From an uncultured Clostridia bacterium (GTDB lineage Bacteria; Bacillota; Clostridia; Peptostreptococcales; Anaerovoracaceae): 64,000 nt of DNA. Under the pieces are notes generated by a model. That model saw nothing but the letters and a program-made list of their open reading frames with translations. It did no database searches and was not told the origin of the DNA. This document shows, one piece after another, positions 8,989 through 17,430 of the stretch. The DNA is taken from assembly GCA_938049335.1 (NCBI GenBank), contig CALIYX010000009.1, forward strand, positions 127,258 to 191,257, in the 5' to 3' direction. A program made the position numbers and the translations under genes. How positions within the stretch are numbered: the stretch's first letter is position 1; each line of letters opens with the position of its first letter.

Positions 8989-11055
8989 TTATATGTTGTA
9001 TTTGTTTTTCTTGCGAACGAGCTGAGTCTGACTTATGCCTATCGCCTTTGCTGCCTTACGAGTTGACCCATATTTTTCTATGGCATGCTTGATTATATTC
9101 TTTTCAAAATTCTCGACCATAACCTGCATGTTGACCTCTTCCACTGCCATGCTCTCCTCACCTGAGTTCATTACATTCATATCAAAGACATCTGCGTGAA
9201 GCTCCCTCATGACGTCAAGCAGAGTTATCTCTTCACTTCTTGCTGCAATCATAAGCCTCTGAACTATGTTCTCAAGTTCCCTAGTGTTACCCGGCCACTC
9301 GCACTGTCCGAGGTAGTCAAGAGCATCTGTGTTTATAGCTCTTTTGATAGAAAAAACCTTGCCGTAGGCATCGAGGAAATGCTCGACCAAAACAGGAATA
9401 TCCGAAGGTCTATCCCTCAAAGCTGGAACCCTAATTCTAACAACATTTAGTCTATAATACAGGTCTCTTCTAAATCCACCTGCGTCTATCAAATCCTCTA
9501 GCTCTCTGTTGCTTGCAGAAATGATTCTTACATTGAACTTAATCGGTTCCTGACCTCCGACTCTGAAGAACTCTCCATCCTGTATTACCCTCAAAAGTTT
9601 AGCCTGCATATCAGGTGGCAAATCGGCGATTTCATCGAGGAAAAGCGAGCCGTTGTCCGCAAACTCAAAGAATCCCTTTTTGCTCGTCTCAAGGCCTTTT
9701 GATTCGTCCTTCTCGACTCCGAAAAACTCAGCCTCAAGCATGGATGGTGCAATCGAAGCACAGTTCACTTTGATAAACGGCTGCATCTTTCTGTTGCTGT
9801 TCTTGTGAATTAGATTAGCAACCTTTTCCTTGCCGACACCAGTTTCTCCGGTAATCAAAACATTACAGTCGTACTTCGCAACGGTGAGCACCTCATCGAT
9901 GACAACCGACATCGCATGACTCGTAAATACGAAGTCCTCCATTATGGTTTGGTTTACACCGCTAGCGTTCACGAATCTGCTCTTGGCTCCACCATAGGAA
10001 GAATCATCCTTTAGTCTGATGGTCGTCTCCTCTGCATTCTCTATATATGGTGCTAAGTCTTTTACAATCTCAATATCGAACTTGTCGTAAGCCTCGAGGT
10101 AACCATCTGCGCACCTTATGTCTAGCTGTCTGGATATCGCTTCTGTTATATATAGGGCGATGTTGTAGTTATTTATCAGGTTTGCGAAGATGACCGTTCC
10201 TCCACTCTTTGTTGCAAGAATGTTGATTGTCTCTGCACCCTGAATATCCGCGCAGTTGACCGAAAGATCAAAGGCAGAATCGCCGTCGATATCAGCTATG
10301 CACTCAAGCGGCTTGAGGATATCCACATAGTGGACCTCTGTGAAAACCTTCTTAATAAGCTGGTTGATTCCCTCTCCCTTGAGCACCATATCCGTCTTGT
10401 GATCTAGCAGACAGATAACCTCTGCATCTTCTCTTGCTACCTTGCGTATCGCAAAGCCAAAAAGAAGATTTGATAGAAGGTTATTACCAACAACGAGGAA
10501 CTTTCTCTTGCCGACAGCTGTACTGCTTATTCTGTAGATTGTTCCAGATTCGTTGAAGGTGAACATCAAAAGCTTTAGCGGCAGCCCCTGAGGCCTTCTT
10601 ATTATCGGCACATCATTTGGCAAAATGCAGTAGCCCTCTGCCTCTATCTGTCCGAAGGACTTATCTATGGAAGTAATCTTATCTATATATAGCGGAAGTG
10701 ATGTCAGCGAAGCATTACATATAACCTCGTCACCAACCTTAAATCCCTTGAGATTTTCGTGTTCAGACCCTATCTCACTGACCACGCCGTAAAGCATTCC
10801 GCCTGTGTCTGTAACAGGATTGTGGAGCTTACCCCTTCGGATAACTATGTCCATTATCTTCTGCTTAATCTTTTGATCGTTGTCGTTTGCCTCAAGGCAG
10901 ATTTCCTTAAAGCTGGTTCCCTCTATATGAATTCTCCTGATATCTATACGAATCTCATCAGGAAATATATTGTGGTTATTGTCAAGCTGCCAAGCCGAAG
11001 TTGGAAGCACATGCTTTGGCTCTAGAACTCTATTGATGCCATAATTGTTATTCAT
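8989..11055 (-). CDS. Sigma-54-dependent transcriptional activator with an N-terminal Kdd-paralog (pseudo-dehydrogenase) sensor domain
   Basis: The central AAA+ domain carries GETGVGKE and the sigma-54 interaction region, and the C-terminus has a Fis-type HTH. The N-terminal ~380 aa align colinearly with Kdd encoded in this same window. Examples are GINRVLEPKHVLP against GTHRVISPKGVLP, and KLHNPVTDTGGMLYGVVSEIGSEH against KHKNPWTGSGGMLIGTVEEIGPEW. The NAD glycine motif is degenerate (VVGNNLLSN against IGGGGKSG). Confidence 0.8.
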   Translation of the reverse strand: MNNNYGINRVLEPKHVLPTSAWQLDNNHNIFPDEIRIDIRRIHIEGTSFKEICLEANDNDQKIKQKIMDIVIRRGKLHNPVTDTGGMLYGVVSEIGSEHENLKGFKVGDEVICNASLTSLPLYIDKITSIDKSFGQIEAEGYCILPNDVPIIRRPQGLPLKLLMFTFNESGTIYRISSTAVGKRKFLVVGNNLLSNLLFGFAIRKVAREDAEVICLLDHKTDMVLKGEGINQLIKKVFTEVHYVDILKPLECIADIDGDSAFDLSVNCADIQGAETINILATKSGGTVIFANLINNYNIALYITEAISRQLDIRCADGYLEAYDKFDIEIVKDLAPYIENAEETTIRLKDDSSYGGAKSRFVNASGVNQTIMEDFVFTSHAMSVVIDEVLTVAKYDCNVLITGETGVGKEKVANLIHKNSNRKMQPFIKVNCASIAPSMLEAEFFGVEKDESKGLETSKKGFFEFADNGSLFLDEIADLPPDMQAKLLRVIQDGEFFRVGGQEPIKFNVRIISASNRELEDLIDAGGFRRDLYYRLNVVRIRVPALRDRPSDIPVLVEHFLDAYGKVFSIKRAINTDALDYLGQCEWPGNTRELENIVQRLMIAARSEEITLLDVMRELHADVFDMNVMNSGEESMAVEEVNMQVMVENFEKNIIKHAIEKYGSTRKAAKAIGISQTQLVRKKNKYNI

Positions 11056-11227
11056 TTAATGTTCACTCCATTTTTCGAACCTTTTTCGGTTCATTTTGCT
11101 TATTTCCAATATTAACGCATTAAGTGCCTTTTTGCAACCGTTTTTGTGTGGACAGCCTCGCCGCCTAAAGCTATAATTTATTTATAAAGTATTATCAATG
11201 ACGTATATATGCAAAAGGAGAACAGTA

Positions 11228-11620
11228 ATGGAAGAGAAAATCACTTCAATGATTAGAGTTAGAATGTCAGCAAAGGACGCTCATTACGGCGGAAACCTTG
11301 TAGACGGAGCTCACATGGTACACCTATTTGGCGATGTTGCTACAGAGCTTCTTATCAAGTGTGACGGAGACGAAGGTCTTTTCTGCGCTTACGATAACGT
11401 TGAATTCCTTGCTCCAACATATGCAGGTGACTATATCGAAGCAGTTGGTGAAATCACAAAGATTGGAAACACATCAAGAAAGATGTCATTTGAAGCTCGT
11501 AAGGTAATCGTAGCTAGAACAGACATCAATGCTTCAGCAGCAGACTTCCTTGAGGAGCCAATCGTTGTAGCTAGAGCTACAGGAACTTGCGTAACACCAA
11601 AGGAAAGCAAGAGAAAGTAG
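11228..11620 (+). CDS. kal: 3-aminobutyryl-CoA ammonia-lyase (hotdog fold)
   Basis: A ~130-aa protein with RBS AAAAGGAGAACAGTA-ATG. Its size, the hotdog-like sequence and its position divergent from the kam regulator and operon support the call. Confidence 0.65.
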   Translation: MEEKITSMIRVRMSAKDAHYGGNLVDGAHMVHLFGDVATELLIKCDGDEGLFCAYDNVEFLAPTYAGDYIEAVGEITKIGNTSRKMSFEARKVIVARTDINASAADFLEEPIVVARATGTCVTPKESKRK

Positions 11621-11647
11621 TTAAATACAGATTTCAATAAAAGCTAA

Positions 11648-11671
11648 GGCACCGAACTTCGGTGCCTTTTT
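11648..11671. terminator. Bidirectional rho-independent terminator
   Basis: The hairpin GGCACCG-aactt-CGGTGCC is followed by TTTTT. It lies between the kal stop and the stop of the convergent 218-aa gene. Confidence 0.65.
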
Positions 11672-11738
11672 GTTATAGTTTTATGATGCTGAATAGGATT
11701 TACTTTGATAAGATATACTACTCATTACAATATCTCTT

Positions 11739-12395
11739 CTATTCTCCAACAGAAACTGCTGTAATACTCACGTAATCCTTGCCTTCTAACGAATATTCTA
11801 TTTCGAAAATGCAAAACCAAATGCTATCGCCTGTGTCTTCAGGGTTATCACTGCCCGTTTCTTCCTCTTCAGCTTGGAAGGTCAGCTTGTCTCTTGGGAT
11901 AAAATCTGAGAGATACATGCTGAGATTTCCTGTTTTGTGGTCAAAGTCATATGCTACCCCAATGTCCTGTCTTTTCTTAGGGGAAACAGGCATCCCATCT
12001 GCTGTATAAAGGTTAATCTTCTGGATCTCGGGTACTAAATTCTTGGAGTCTTTATCTTTAAAGCTTATTTTTATATAGGAATCTTTCTTGTTCTTTATGG
12101 ATACAAAAGGAACATCTCCCTCTACCTTTCCACAGGTAGAGCTTCTGATTTTCATTTGCTTTGATTCCGAGAAGGATGAAAATTTTTCTGCATCGTAGGT
12201 CTTTATGAATGGTGATGCCGTTTCCTTAGAAGTTTCAACGTTTAGCTTGATATCCGTTTCATTTGTGATGCGGTCTTTATCGGCTGTTGGCCTATATGCC
12301 ATATGTAAGACGGCAAAGACTATCGCAGCGATACCGATTAATACGACAAAAGCAATAAGTAATTTTTTCCCAAAAAGCATAGATTTTGTTGACAT
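11739..12395 (-). CDS. Membrane-anchored hypothetical protein (N-terminal TM helix)
   Basis: A 218-aa protein with a hydrophobic N-terminus LLIAFVVLIGIAAIVFAVL. It is the last gene of the T7SS/toxin/immunity array. The T-DKDR stretch weakly resembles the N-terminus of the LRR lipoproteins. Confidence 0.45.
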   Translation of the reverse strand: MSTKSMLFGKKLLIAFVVLIGIAAIVFAVLHMAYRPTADKDRITNETDIKLNVETSKETASPFIKTYDAEKFSSFSESKQMKIRSSTCGKVEGDVPFVSIKNKKDSYIKISFKDKDSKNLVPEIQKINLYTADGMPVSPKKRQDIGVAYDFDHKTGNLSMYLSDFIPRDKLTFQAEEEETGSDNPEDTGDSIWFCIFEIEYSLEGKDYVSITAVSVGE

Positions 12396-12432
12396 AATAA
12401 TACCTCCTACATTTAATAATCACGTATATTAT

Positions 12433-12486
12433 TTAGATTATTACACACAACATCATAACTATAGTCACTGCTAAATACTTCTTCAT
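12433..12486 (-). pseudogene. 5' remnant (signal-peptide region) of a fourth LRR-lipoprotein paralog
   Basis: The reverse complement reads ATGAAGAAGTATTTAGCAGTGACTATAGTTATGATGTTGTGTGTAATAATCTAA. This gives MKKYLAVTIVMMLCVII*, identical in style to the N-termini of the three intact paralogs, and it is preceded by the same ~85-bp upstream repeat. Confidence 0.5.
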
Positions 12487-12571
12487 TTGTTCACCATATT
12501 TATTTTAATTCTATGTTCAACTTGATTTTGCAATTTGCGGAAACAGTACTATTTAAAGTCAATTAATTATG

Positions 12572-13279
12572 CTAATTATCTTTACGATTCTCTTCCCACC
12601 TCTCTATATCTTCTTTGGTCCAATATTTTATCTCGGCATTAGTTTCACCTATTATCTCGGTTCCTTCATCAACTTCGATTCTTCTTAGTTTAGGATTTCT
12701 TGATACATCTAACGCTTTCACATTAGTGTTATACACTTCTACTATTTCAAGGTTAGGATTATTTGATATATCAAGTTCTTCAAGAGGTCCATTAATGTAA
12801 TCAAAATACTTAAGCTTTTTCACTGAATTTAAATCAAGTTCTTTTACAGATGTGTTATATAGACTTATTGTTCTACAATTTTCATTAAAAATAATTTCTC
12901 CCAATCCTTTTGAACTATTGAGAATTACATATTTGAGTTTTTTGTTTTTACTAAAATCTAGTTTTTTTAACTTTGAATTTGCCCCTTCTTCAAATAGCTT
13001 TATTTTAAAAAATTCTAGTTCGGACACATTGCTTACATCTATAGAATTAATTTTTGAATAATATGGACTATAAAGATAGATGTTCCGTATGACATTATCT
13101 CCCACCTTTTCAGGAACAACAATATCAGGACCGGTTTTTTCTATGTCTATCATTGTAAGACGGTTGTCCTTATCTACAAAGAATCTGTCCTTATCCGTAG
13201 TAATTAAATTACAGCTACTTAATGCTACCACTATAACACACAACAGCATAACTATAGTCACAGCTAAATGTTTCTTCAT
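12572..13279 (-). CDS. LRR-repeat lipoprotein, paralog 3 (candidate T7SS immunity protein)
   Basis: The signal peptide carries lipobox ALSSC, and LRR units such as LDISNNPNL and LDVSRNPKL are present. The start was set at the MKKHLAV ATG, which has ATGGAGGAACAA upstream. Confidence 0.6.
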   Translation of the reverse strand: MKKHLAVTIVMLLCVIVVALSSCNLITTDKDRFFVDKDNRLTMIDIEKTGPDIVVPEKVGDNVIRNIYLYSPYYSKINSIDVSNVSELEFFKIKLFEEGANSKLKKLDFSKNKKLKYVILNSSKGLGEIIFNENCRTISLYNTSVKELDLNSVKKLKYFDYINGPLEELDISNNPNLEIVEVYNTNVKALDVSRNPKLRRIEVDEGTEIIGETNAEIKYWTKEDIERWEENRKDN

Positions 13280-13350
13280 TTGTTCCTCCATATTTATTTT
13301 AACTCTATATTCAACTTGATTTTTTATCAGCAAAAATAGTATTATTAAAG

Positions 13351-14187
13351 CTAGTTGTTCTTACGCAGTTCTTCCAATTTCTCTATATCTTCTTTAGTCC
13401 AATATTTTATCTCGGCATTAGTTTCACCTATTATCTCGGTTCCTTCGTCAACTTCAATGAATTTTAACTTGGGGTTATTGGATACATCTAAAACTTTCAG
13501 ATTGGTGTTATATGTTCGCACGGCTCCAAGATTTGGATTATTTGATATATCGAGCTCTTCGAGAGGAATCCCATAAAATTTAATACTTTTGAGTTTTTTC
13601 AACTTCTTTATATCGACAGTCTTTATATTGGCGTTTTTTATCCACACTTGATCAAGATTAGTATTATTGGAAAGATCAATACTTTCAAGCGGTCCGTTCC
13701 AATATGCGAAATCCTCAAGTTTTTTTAATAATTTAAAATCAAGTTCTTTTACCGATGTGTTATATAGATCTATTGACTTACAGTCTTCATTAAAAGTAAT
13801 TTCTTCCAATGCTTTAGCTTTATTGATAGTTACATGTCTAAGCTTTTTATTTTTACTGAAATCAAGCCTTTTGAGCTTTGAATAACTGCCGCCCCCCCAA
13901 AGTTCTAATGTGAAATATTCTAACTCGGATACATTGCTTACATCTATCGAATCAATCTTTGAAAAATATGAGCCTTCAAGATAGATTGTACGTATTACAT
14001 TATCACCAACCTTTTCAGGAACAACAATATCAGGACCGGTTTTTTCTATATCTATCATTGTAAGATAGTTATCCTCATATACAAAGAACCTATCCTTATC
14101 CGTGGTAATTAAATCACAACCGTCTAGTATTATCATTAGGACACAAGACAATATGATTGCAGTCACTGCTAAATATCTACTCTTCAT
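13351..14187 (-). CDS. LRR-repeat lipoprotein, paralog 2
   Basis: A 278-aa protein with lipobox ILDGC, RBS AGAGGAGAAA and a conserved C-terminal block EVDEGTEIIGETNAEIKYWTKEDIE. Confidence 0.6.
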   Translation of the reverse strand: MKSRYLAVTAIILSCVLMIILDGCDLITTDKDRFFVYEDNYLTMIDIEKTGPDIVVPEKVGDNVIRTIYLEGSYFSKIDSIDVSNVSELEYFTLELWGGGSYSKLKRLDFSKNKKLRHVTINKAKALEEITFNEDCKSIDLYNTSVKELDFKLLKKLEDFAYWNGPLESIDLSNNTNLDQVWIKNANIKTVDIKKLKKLKSIKFYGIPLEELDISNNPNLGAVRTYNTNLKVLDVSNNPKLKFIEVDEGTEIIGETNAEIKYWTKEDIEKLEELRKNN

Positions 14188-14272
14188 TTTCTCCTCTATG
14201 TTATTTTAACTCTATATTCAACTTGATTTTGCAATTTGCGGAAACAGTATTACTCAAAGCTAATTAATTTTG

Positions 14273-15109
14273 CTAATTATCTTTACTCTTCTCTTCCAGC
14301 CTCTCTATATCTTCTTTAGTCCAATATTTTATCTCGGCATTAGTTTCACCTATTATCTCGGTTCCTTCGTCAACTTCAATGAATTTTAACTTGGGGTTAT
14401 TGGATACATCTAAAACTTTCAGATTGGTGTTATATGTTCGCACGGCTCTAAGATTGGGATTATTTGATATATCAAGTTCTTCGAGAGGAACCCCATAAAA
14501 TATAATACTTTCGAGTTTTTTCAACATTTTTATATCGACAGTCTTTATATTGGCGTTTTCTATCCACACTTGATCAAGATTAGTATTATTGGAAAGATCA
14601 ATACTTTCAAGAGGACCATTAAAATAATCGAAATATTCGAGTTTTTTCATAGATTTTAAGTCAAGTTCTTTTACCGATGTGTTATATAGACCTATTGCCT
14701 CACAGTCTTCATTAAAAGTAATTTCTTCCAATGCTTTAGTTTTATTGACAGTTACATCTCTAAGCTTTTTATTTTTACTGAAATCAAGCCTTTTGAGTTT
14801 TGAGTAATTACTATCATACAAAAGATTTAACTTGAAAAACTCCAACTCAGATACATTACTTACATCTATCGAATTAATTTTTGAATAATATGGATCATAA
14901 AGATAGATTTTCCGTATGACATTATCACCAACCTTTTCAGGAACAACAATATCAGGACCTGTTTTTTCTATGTCTATCATCTTAAGACGGTTGTCCTCAT
15001 CTACATAGAACCTGTCCTTATCCGTAGTAATTAAATTACAGCTACTTAATGCTACCAATATAACACACGACAGCATAACTATAGTCACCGCTAAATATTT
15101 TTTATTCAT
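14273..15109 (-). CDS. LRR-repeat lipoprotein, paralog 1 (immediately downstream of the LXG toxin)
   Basis: A 278-aa protein with lipobox ALSSC. Its start lies 19 nt after the toxin stop and has a GGAG RBS. Confidence 0.6.
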   Translation of the reverse strand: MNKKYLAVTIVMLSCVILVALSSCNLITTDKDRFYVDEDNRLKMIDIEKTGPDIVVPEKVGDNVIRKIYLYDPYYSKINSIDVSNVSELEFFKLNLLYDSNYSKLKRLDFSKNKKLRDVTVNKTKALEEITFNEDCEAIGLYNTSVKELDLKSMKKLEYFDYFNGPLESIDLSNNTNLDQVWIENANIKTVDIKMLKKLESIIFYGVPLEELDISNNPNLRAVRTYNTNLKVLDVSNNPKLKFIEVDEGTEIIGETNAEIKYWTKEDIERLEEKSKDN

Positions 15110-15128
15110 TTTCTACTCCGTATTACTT

Positions 15129-16835
15129 TTACTCTTTTGTTCTTTTATTATCATATGCAGATTCTAAATTATCTAAATTTGTGCATATTTTTCCTTTGTA
15201 TGTGTATGGGGTTTTGGGTCCCATTTTATCATTAAGTGCATTAAGTTGCCCACTTACACTCTCAGGATTATAGTATACATCTGTCATCTTTATCGGCTTC
15301 ATTTTATAGTATTTGAATACCTTGTTGTAAAAAACGAGTCTATCGGTTGTCTCATTTGTTGGATACATTTTATAAATAAGTTCACCTGTCTTTGTCCCCG
15401 GATTCGCTATCGAAGCTCTTAATTTTAGTTTCTGTGCCATAATACCTATTCCATCGGACTTGATGCCGAAATCTTCATTTTTACTAGGCATATCTACTAT
15501 TTCAATACCCAAATCAGCTAGCCCATATGCAGCTTGCACTCCCACTGGTATCCCCGGGCATGCGACGTTTGCTCCAATCTCCACTGCTGCTTTACATATA
15601 ACTACTGCATAATCCCCTCCATCCTTTCGCATCAAATTCTTTAAATATTCATTCTTTAACGCGCCTACTTTATCCGTTGTTGATGAAATCATTGTGGATA
15701 CTTTAATCGTTGTATACGACTCTCTAAGTTCCATTGGTTTCGCATGATTGTGATCTGCTCTTCTATGTTGTCTATATTCATAATGATAACGACCATCTTT
15801 GAGTGAAATTTTTCCTGTTTCATATATATAATCTATAGTAAGTGCCGTATTCATCATTGTGCATCTTTCGAGAATACTTGAATCTACAAGTTCAGCGCTT
15901 TCCATGCAATATACCCTCGTTGCAACATCCATAGTTGCTGCAAGCTCATATGCACTGTCTTTCAACACCATTACCTCGTTAATTGTCTTCCTATAAGCAT
16001 GCTTAATAACCTTATTCAGGTCATCAGGTTTTGCCTTAAGGATTAGGAATTTTACATATTCTTGGTACGCTTTAAATTCTGCTGGTGTCATTTCAGCAAC
16101 AGATAAATTGGAAAACTTTTCTACGAAATCTTCGTTAAGCCTTCCCTTGGTCAGCATCTCTTTATTGTATTTGTCAAACAACTGCTTTTCCATATCAGCA
16201 GCCCATACAGGTAACTCTTGGAACCTAAATCCGTTTTTTCCCGATCCTTTAAGTTCTGCAATGCACCTACCTATCTTTGTCATAGCAGCTTTTTCCGCTA
16301 AAAACAGTTCATTTGTTTTTCTTTCTATCTCATCAATCTTTTCTAACTTACTATTCATTATAGCGATAATCTTTTCTGCCCTTGTCTTTATATAAGCATT
16401 TCTATTAATCTGCAATCCGCAATAACTAGCAATAATAGGACAAAGTTCAAGTTGCATCTGCTTATGCCTATATTCTTCAATTCTCTTAGCACATCTTGCC
16501 TTTATTCCTTCTTGCTCATATATAATGCTGTTAATGATGTCTTCATTGAGCTTCTCATCTCCTACACTCATTATCATGGTATCGCAAGCCTTGGATATGT
16601 TCTCAGCAGTAATTATAAACATATCCATCAGTGTTTCATAGCAATATAGTTGGTTTAATACCGCCTTCCCCGTCATGCCCTTTAGTTTAGGCGATCCAAA
16701 GGAATATCTGGCAATGGTAGACTTTGCTTTCTTGTAATAAGAACTATATTCATCGACATTACTTTTTATTTCGTTCATGCTCGTTCGAATTGAATGTGGA
16801 TTAACAATTCTTCCCATTGTCATTTTCTCCTTCAC
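15129..16835 (-). CDS. LXG-family polymorphic toxin (T7SSb substrate) with an unrecognised C-terminal toxin domain
   Basis: A 568-aa protein with an N-terminal helical region carrying an L-x-G motif (KLKGMTGKAV). It sits directly downstream of essC and two small helical proteins. The listed start is GTG; the true start is probably an ATG 12-18 nt in, which has an AAGGAG upstream. Confidence 0.55.
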   Translation of the reverse strand: MKEKMTMGRIVNPHSIRTSMNEIKSNVDEYSSYYKKAKSTIARYSFGSPKLKGMTGKAVLNQLYCYETLMDMFIITAENISKACDTMIMSVGDEKLNEDIINSIIYEQEGIKARCAKRIEEYRHKQMQLELCPIIASYCGLQINRNAYIKTRAEKIIAIMNSKLEKIDEIERKTNELFLAEKAAMTKIGRCIAELKGSGKNGFRFQELPVWAADMEKQLFDKYNKEMLTKGRLNEDFVEKFSNLSVAEMTPAEFKAYQEYVKFLILKAKPDDLNKVIKHAYRKTINEVMVLKDSAYELAATMDVATRVYCMESAELVDSSILERCTMMNTALTIDYIYETGKISLKDGRYHYEYRQHRRADHNHAKPMELRESYTTIKVSTMISSTTDKVGALKNEYLKNLMRKDGGDYAVVICKAAVEIGANVACPGIPVGVQAAYGLADLGIEIVDMPSKNEDFGIKSDGIGIMAQKLKLRASIANPGTKTGELIYKMYPTNETTDRLVFYNKVFKYYKMKPIKMTDVYYNPESVSGQLNALNDKMGPKTPYTYKGKICTNLDNLESAYDNKRTKE

Positions 16836-17142
16836 TTTCCCCTATTTTCTTACGCAGTTGTTTTATTTCACCGCTTAGCGAATCCATTAACTTTTCATGA
16901 CCTTGTTTTTCGACAATAAGTAGTTCACGCTGCTCACTTAGGATACCTCTTAAGCTATTATCAGAATACAAATAATCAATTTGTCCCTCTACTTCGTAAA
17001 TATCCTTTCTTCTTTCAAATTCTTCCTCAAAATAGTCCGCATCCAATTTTTTATGAATACTTTTCAAAATTTCCAAAATTTGATTGTCATACTTATCTCT
17101 ATAACCCATCATTTTTCTCCATTTAATCTGTCCACGAATCAA
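16801..17142 (-). CDS. Small helical T7SS-associated protein (LXG-associated targeting factor-like)
   Basis: A ~100-113-aa highly charged protein lying between the 91-aa gene and the LXG toxin. Confidence 0.4.
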   Translation of the reverse strand: MIRGQIKWRKMMGYRDKYDNQILEILKSIHKKLDADYFEEEFERRKDIYEVEGQIDYLYSDNSLRGILSEQRELLIVEKQGHEKLMDSLSGEIKQLRKKIGESEGENDNGKNC

Positions 17143-17144
17143 GA

Positions 17145-17420
17145 TTACTTCTTGCTGAAAAGCTGTGCTACTTTATCATCAAAGTCATTAAATGCATTAT
17201 ATGAACGTTCAATTTTCTCTGTATCATTTTTTAACGCCATATTCATATCTTTTATCACATTAACGCAAACATCATAGCACTCCGTGCTGTTCGTATTTCC
17301 TGCTATCGTAGTTTCCGTATCTTTTTCGGCAAGCTCCTTTATATCCATTTTTGCGGAAGAAACATCATTTTTGAGGTTTATAATTAATGCGCTTTCAATT
17401 ACTATTTCTTTACTATCCAT
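17145..17420 (-). CDS. Small helical T7SS-associated protein (WXG100/Lap-like)
   Basis: A 91-aa protein with RBS AAAGGAGAGCGT-ATG, located immediately after the essC stop. Confidence 0.4.
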   Translation of the reverse strand: MDSKEIVIESALIINLKNDVSSAKMDIKELAEKDTETTIAGNTNSTECYDVCVNVIKDMNMALKNDTEKIERSYNAFNDFDDKVAQLFSKK

Positions 17421-17430
17421 ACGCTCTCCT

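Noticed and set aside
11095-11113. GTGCC-TTTTT-GCAA near the kal promoter, resembling sigma-54 -24/-12 half-elements
   Set aside because: The order and spacing of the GG and GC dinucleotides do not fit TGGCAC-N5-TTGC on either strand.
12483-14285. Three ~85-bp near-identical intergenic repeats, considered as a possible CRISPR-like or mobile-element repeat
   Set aside because: They are the duplicated 5' UTR and RBS regions of the tandem LRR-lipoprotein paralogs, which are gene-duplication junctions. No spacers, transposase or terminal inverted repeats are present.
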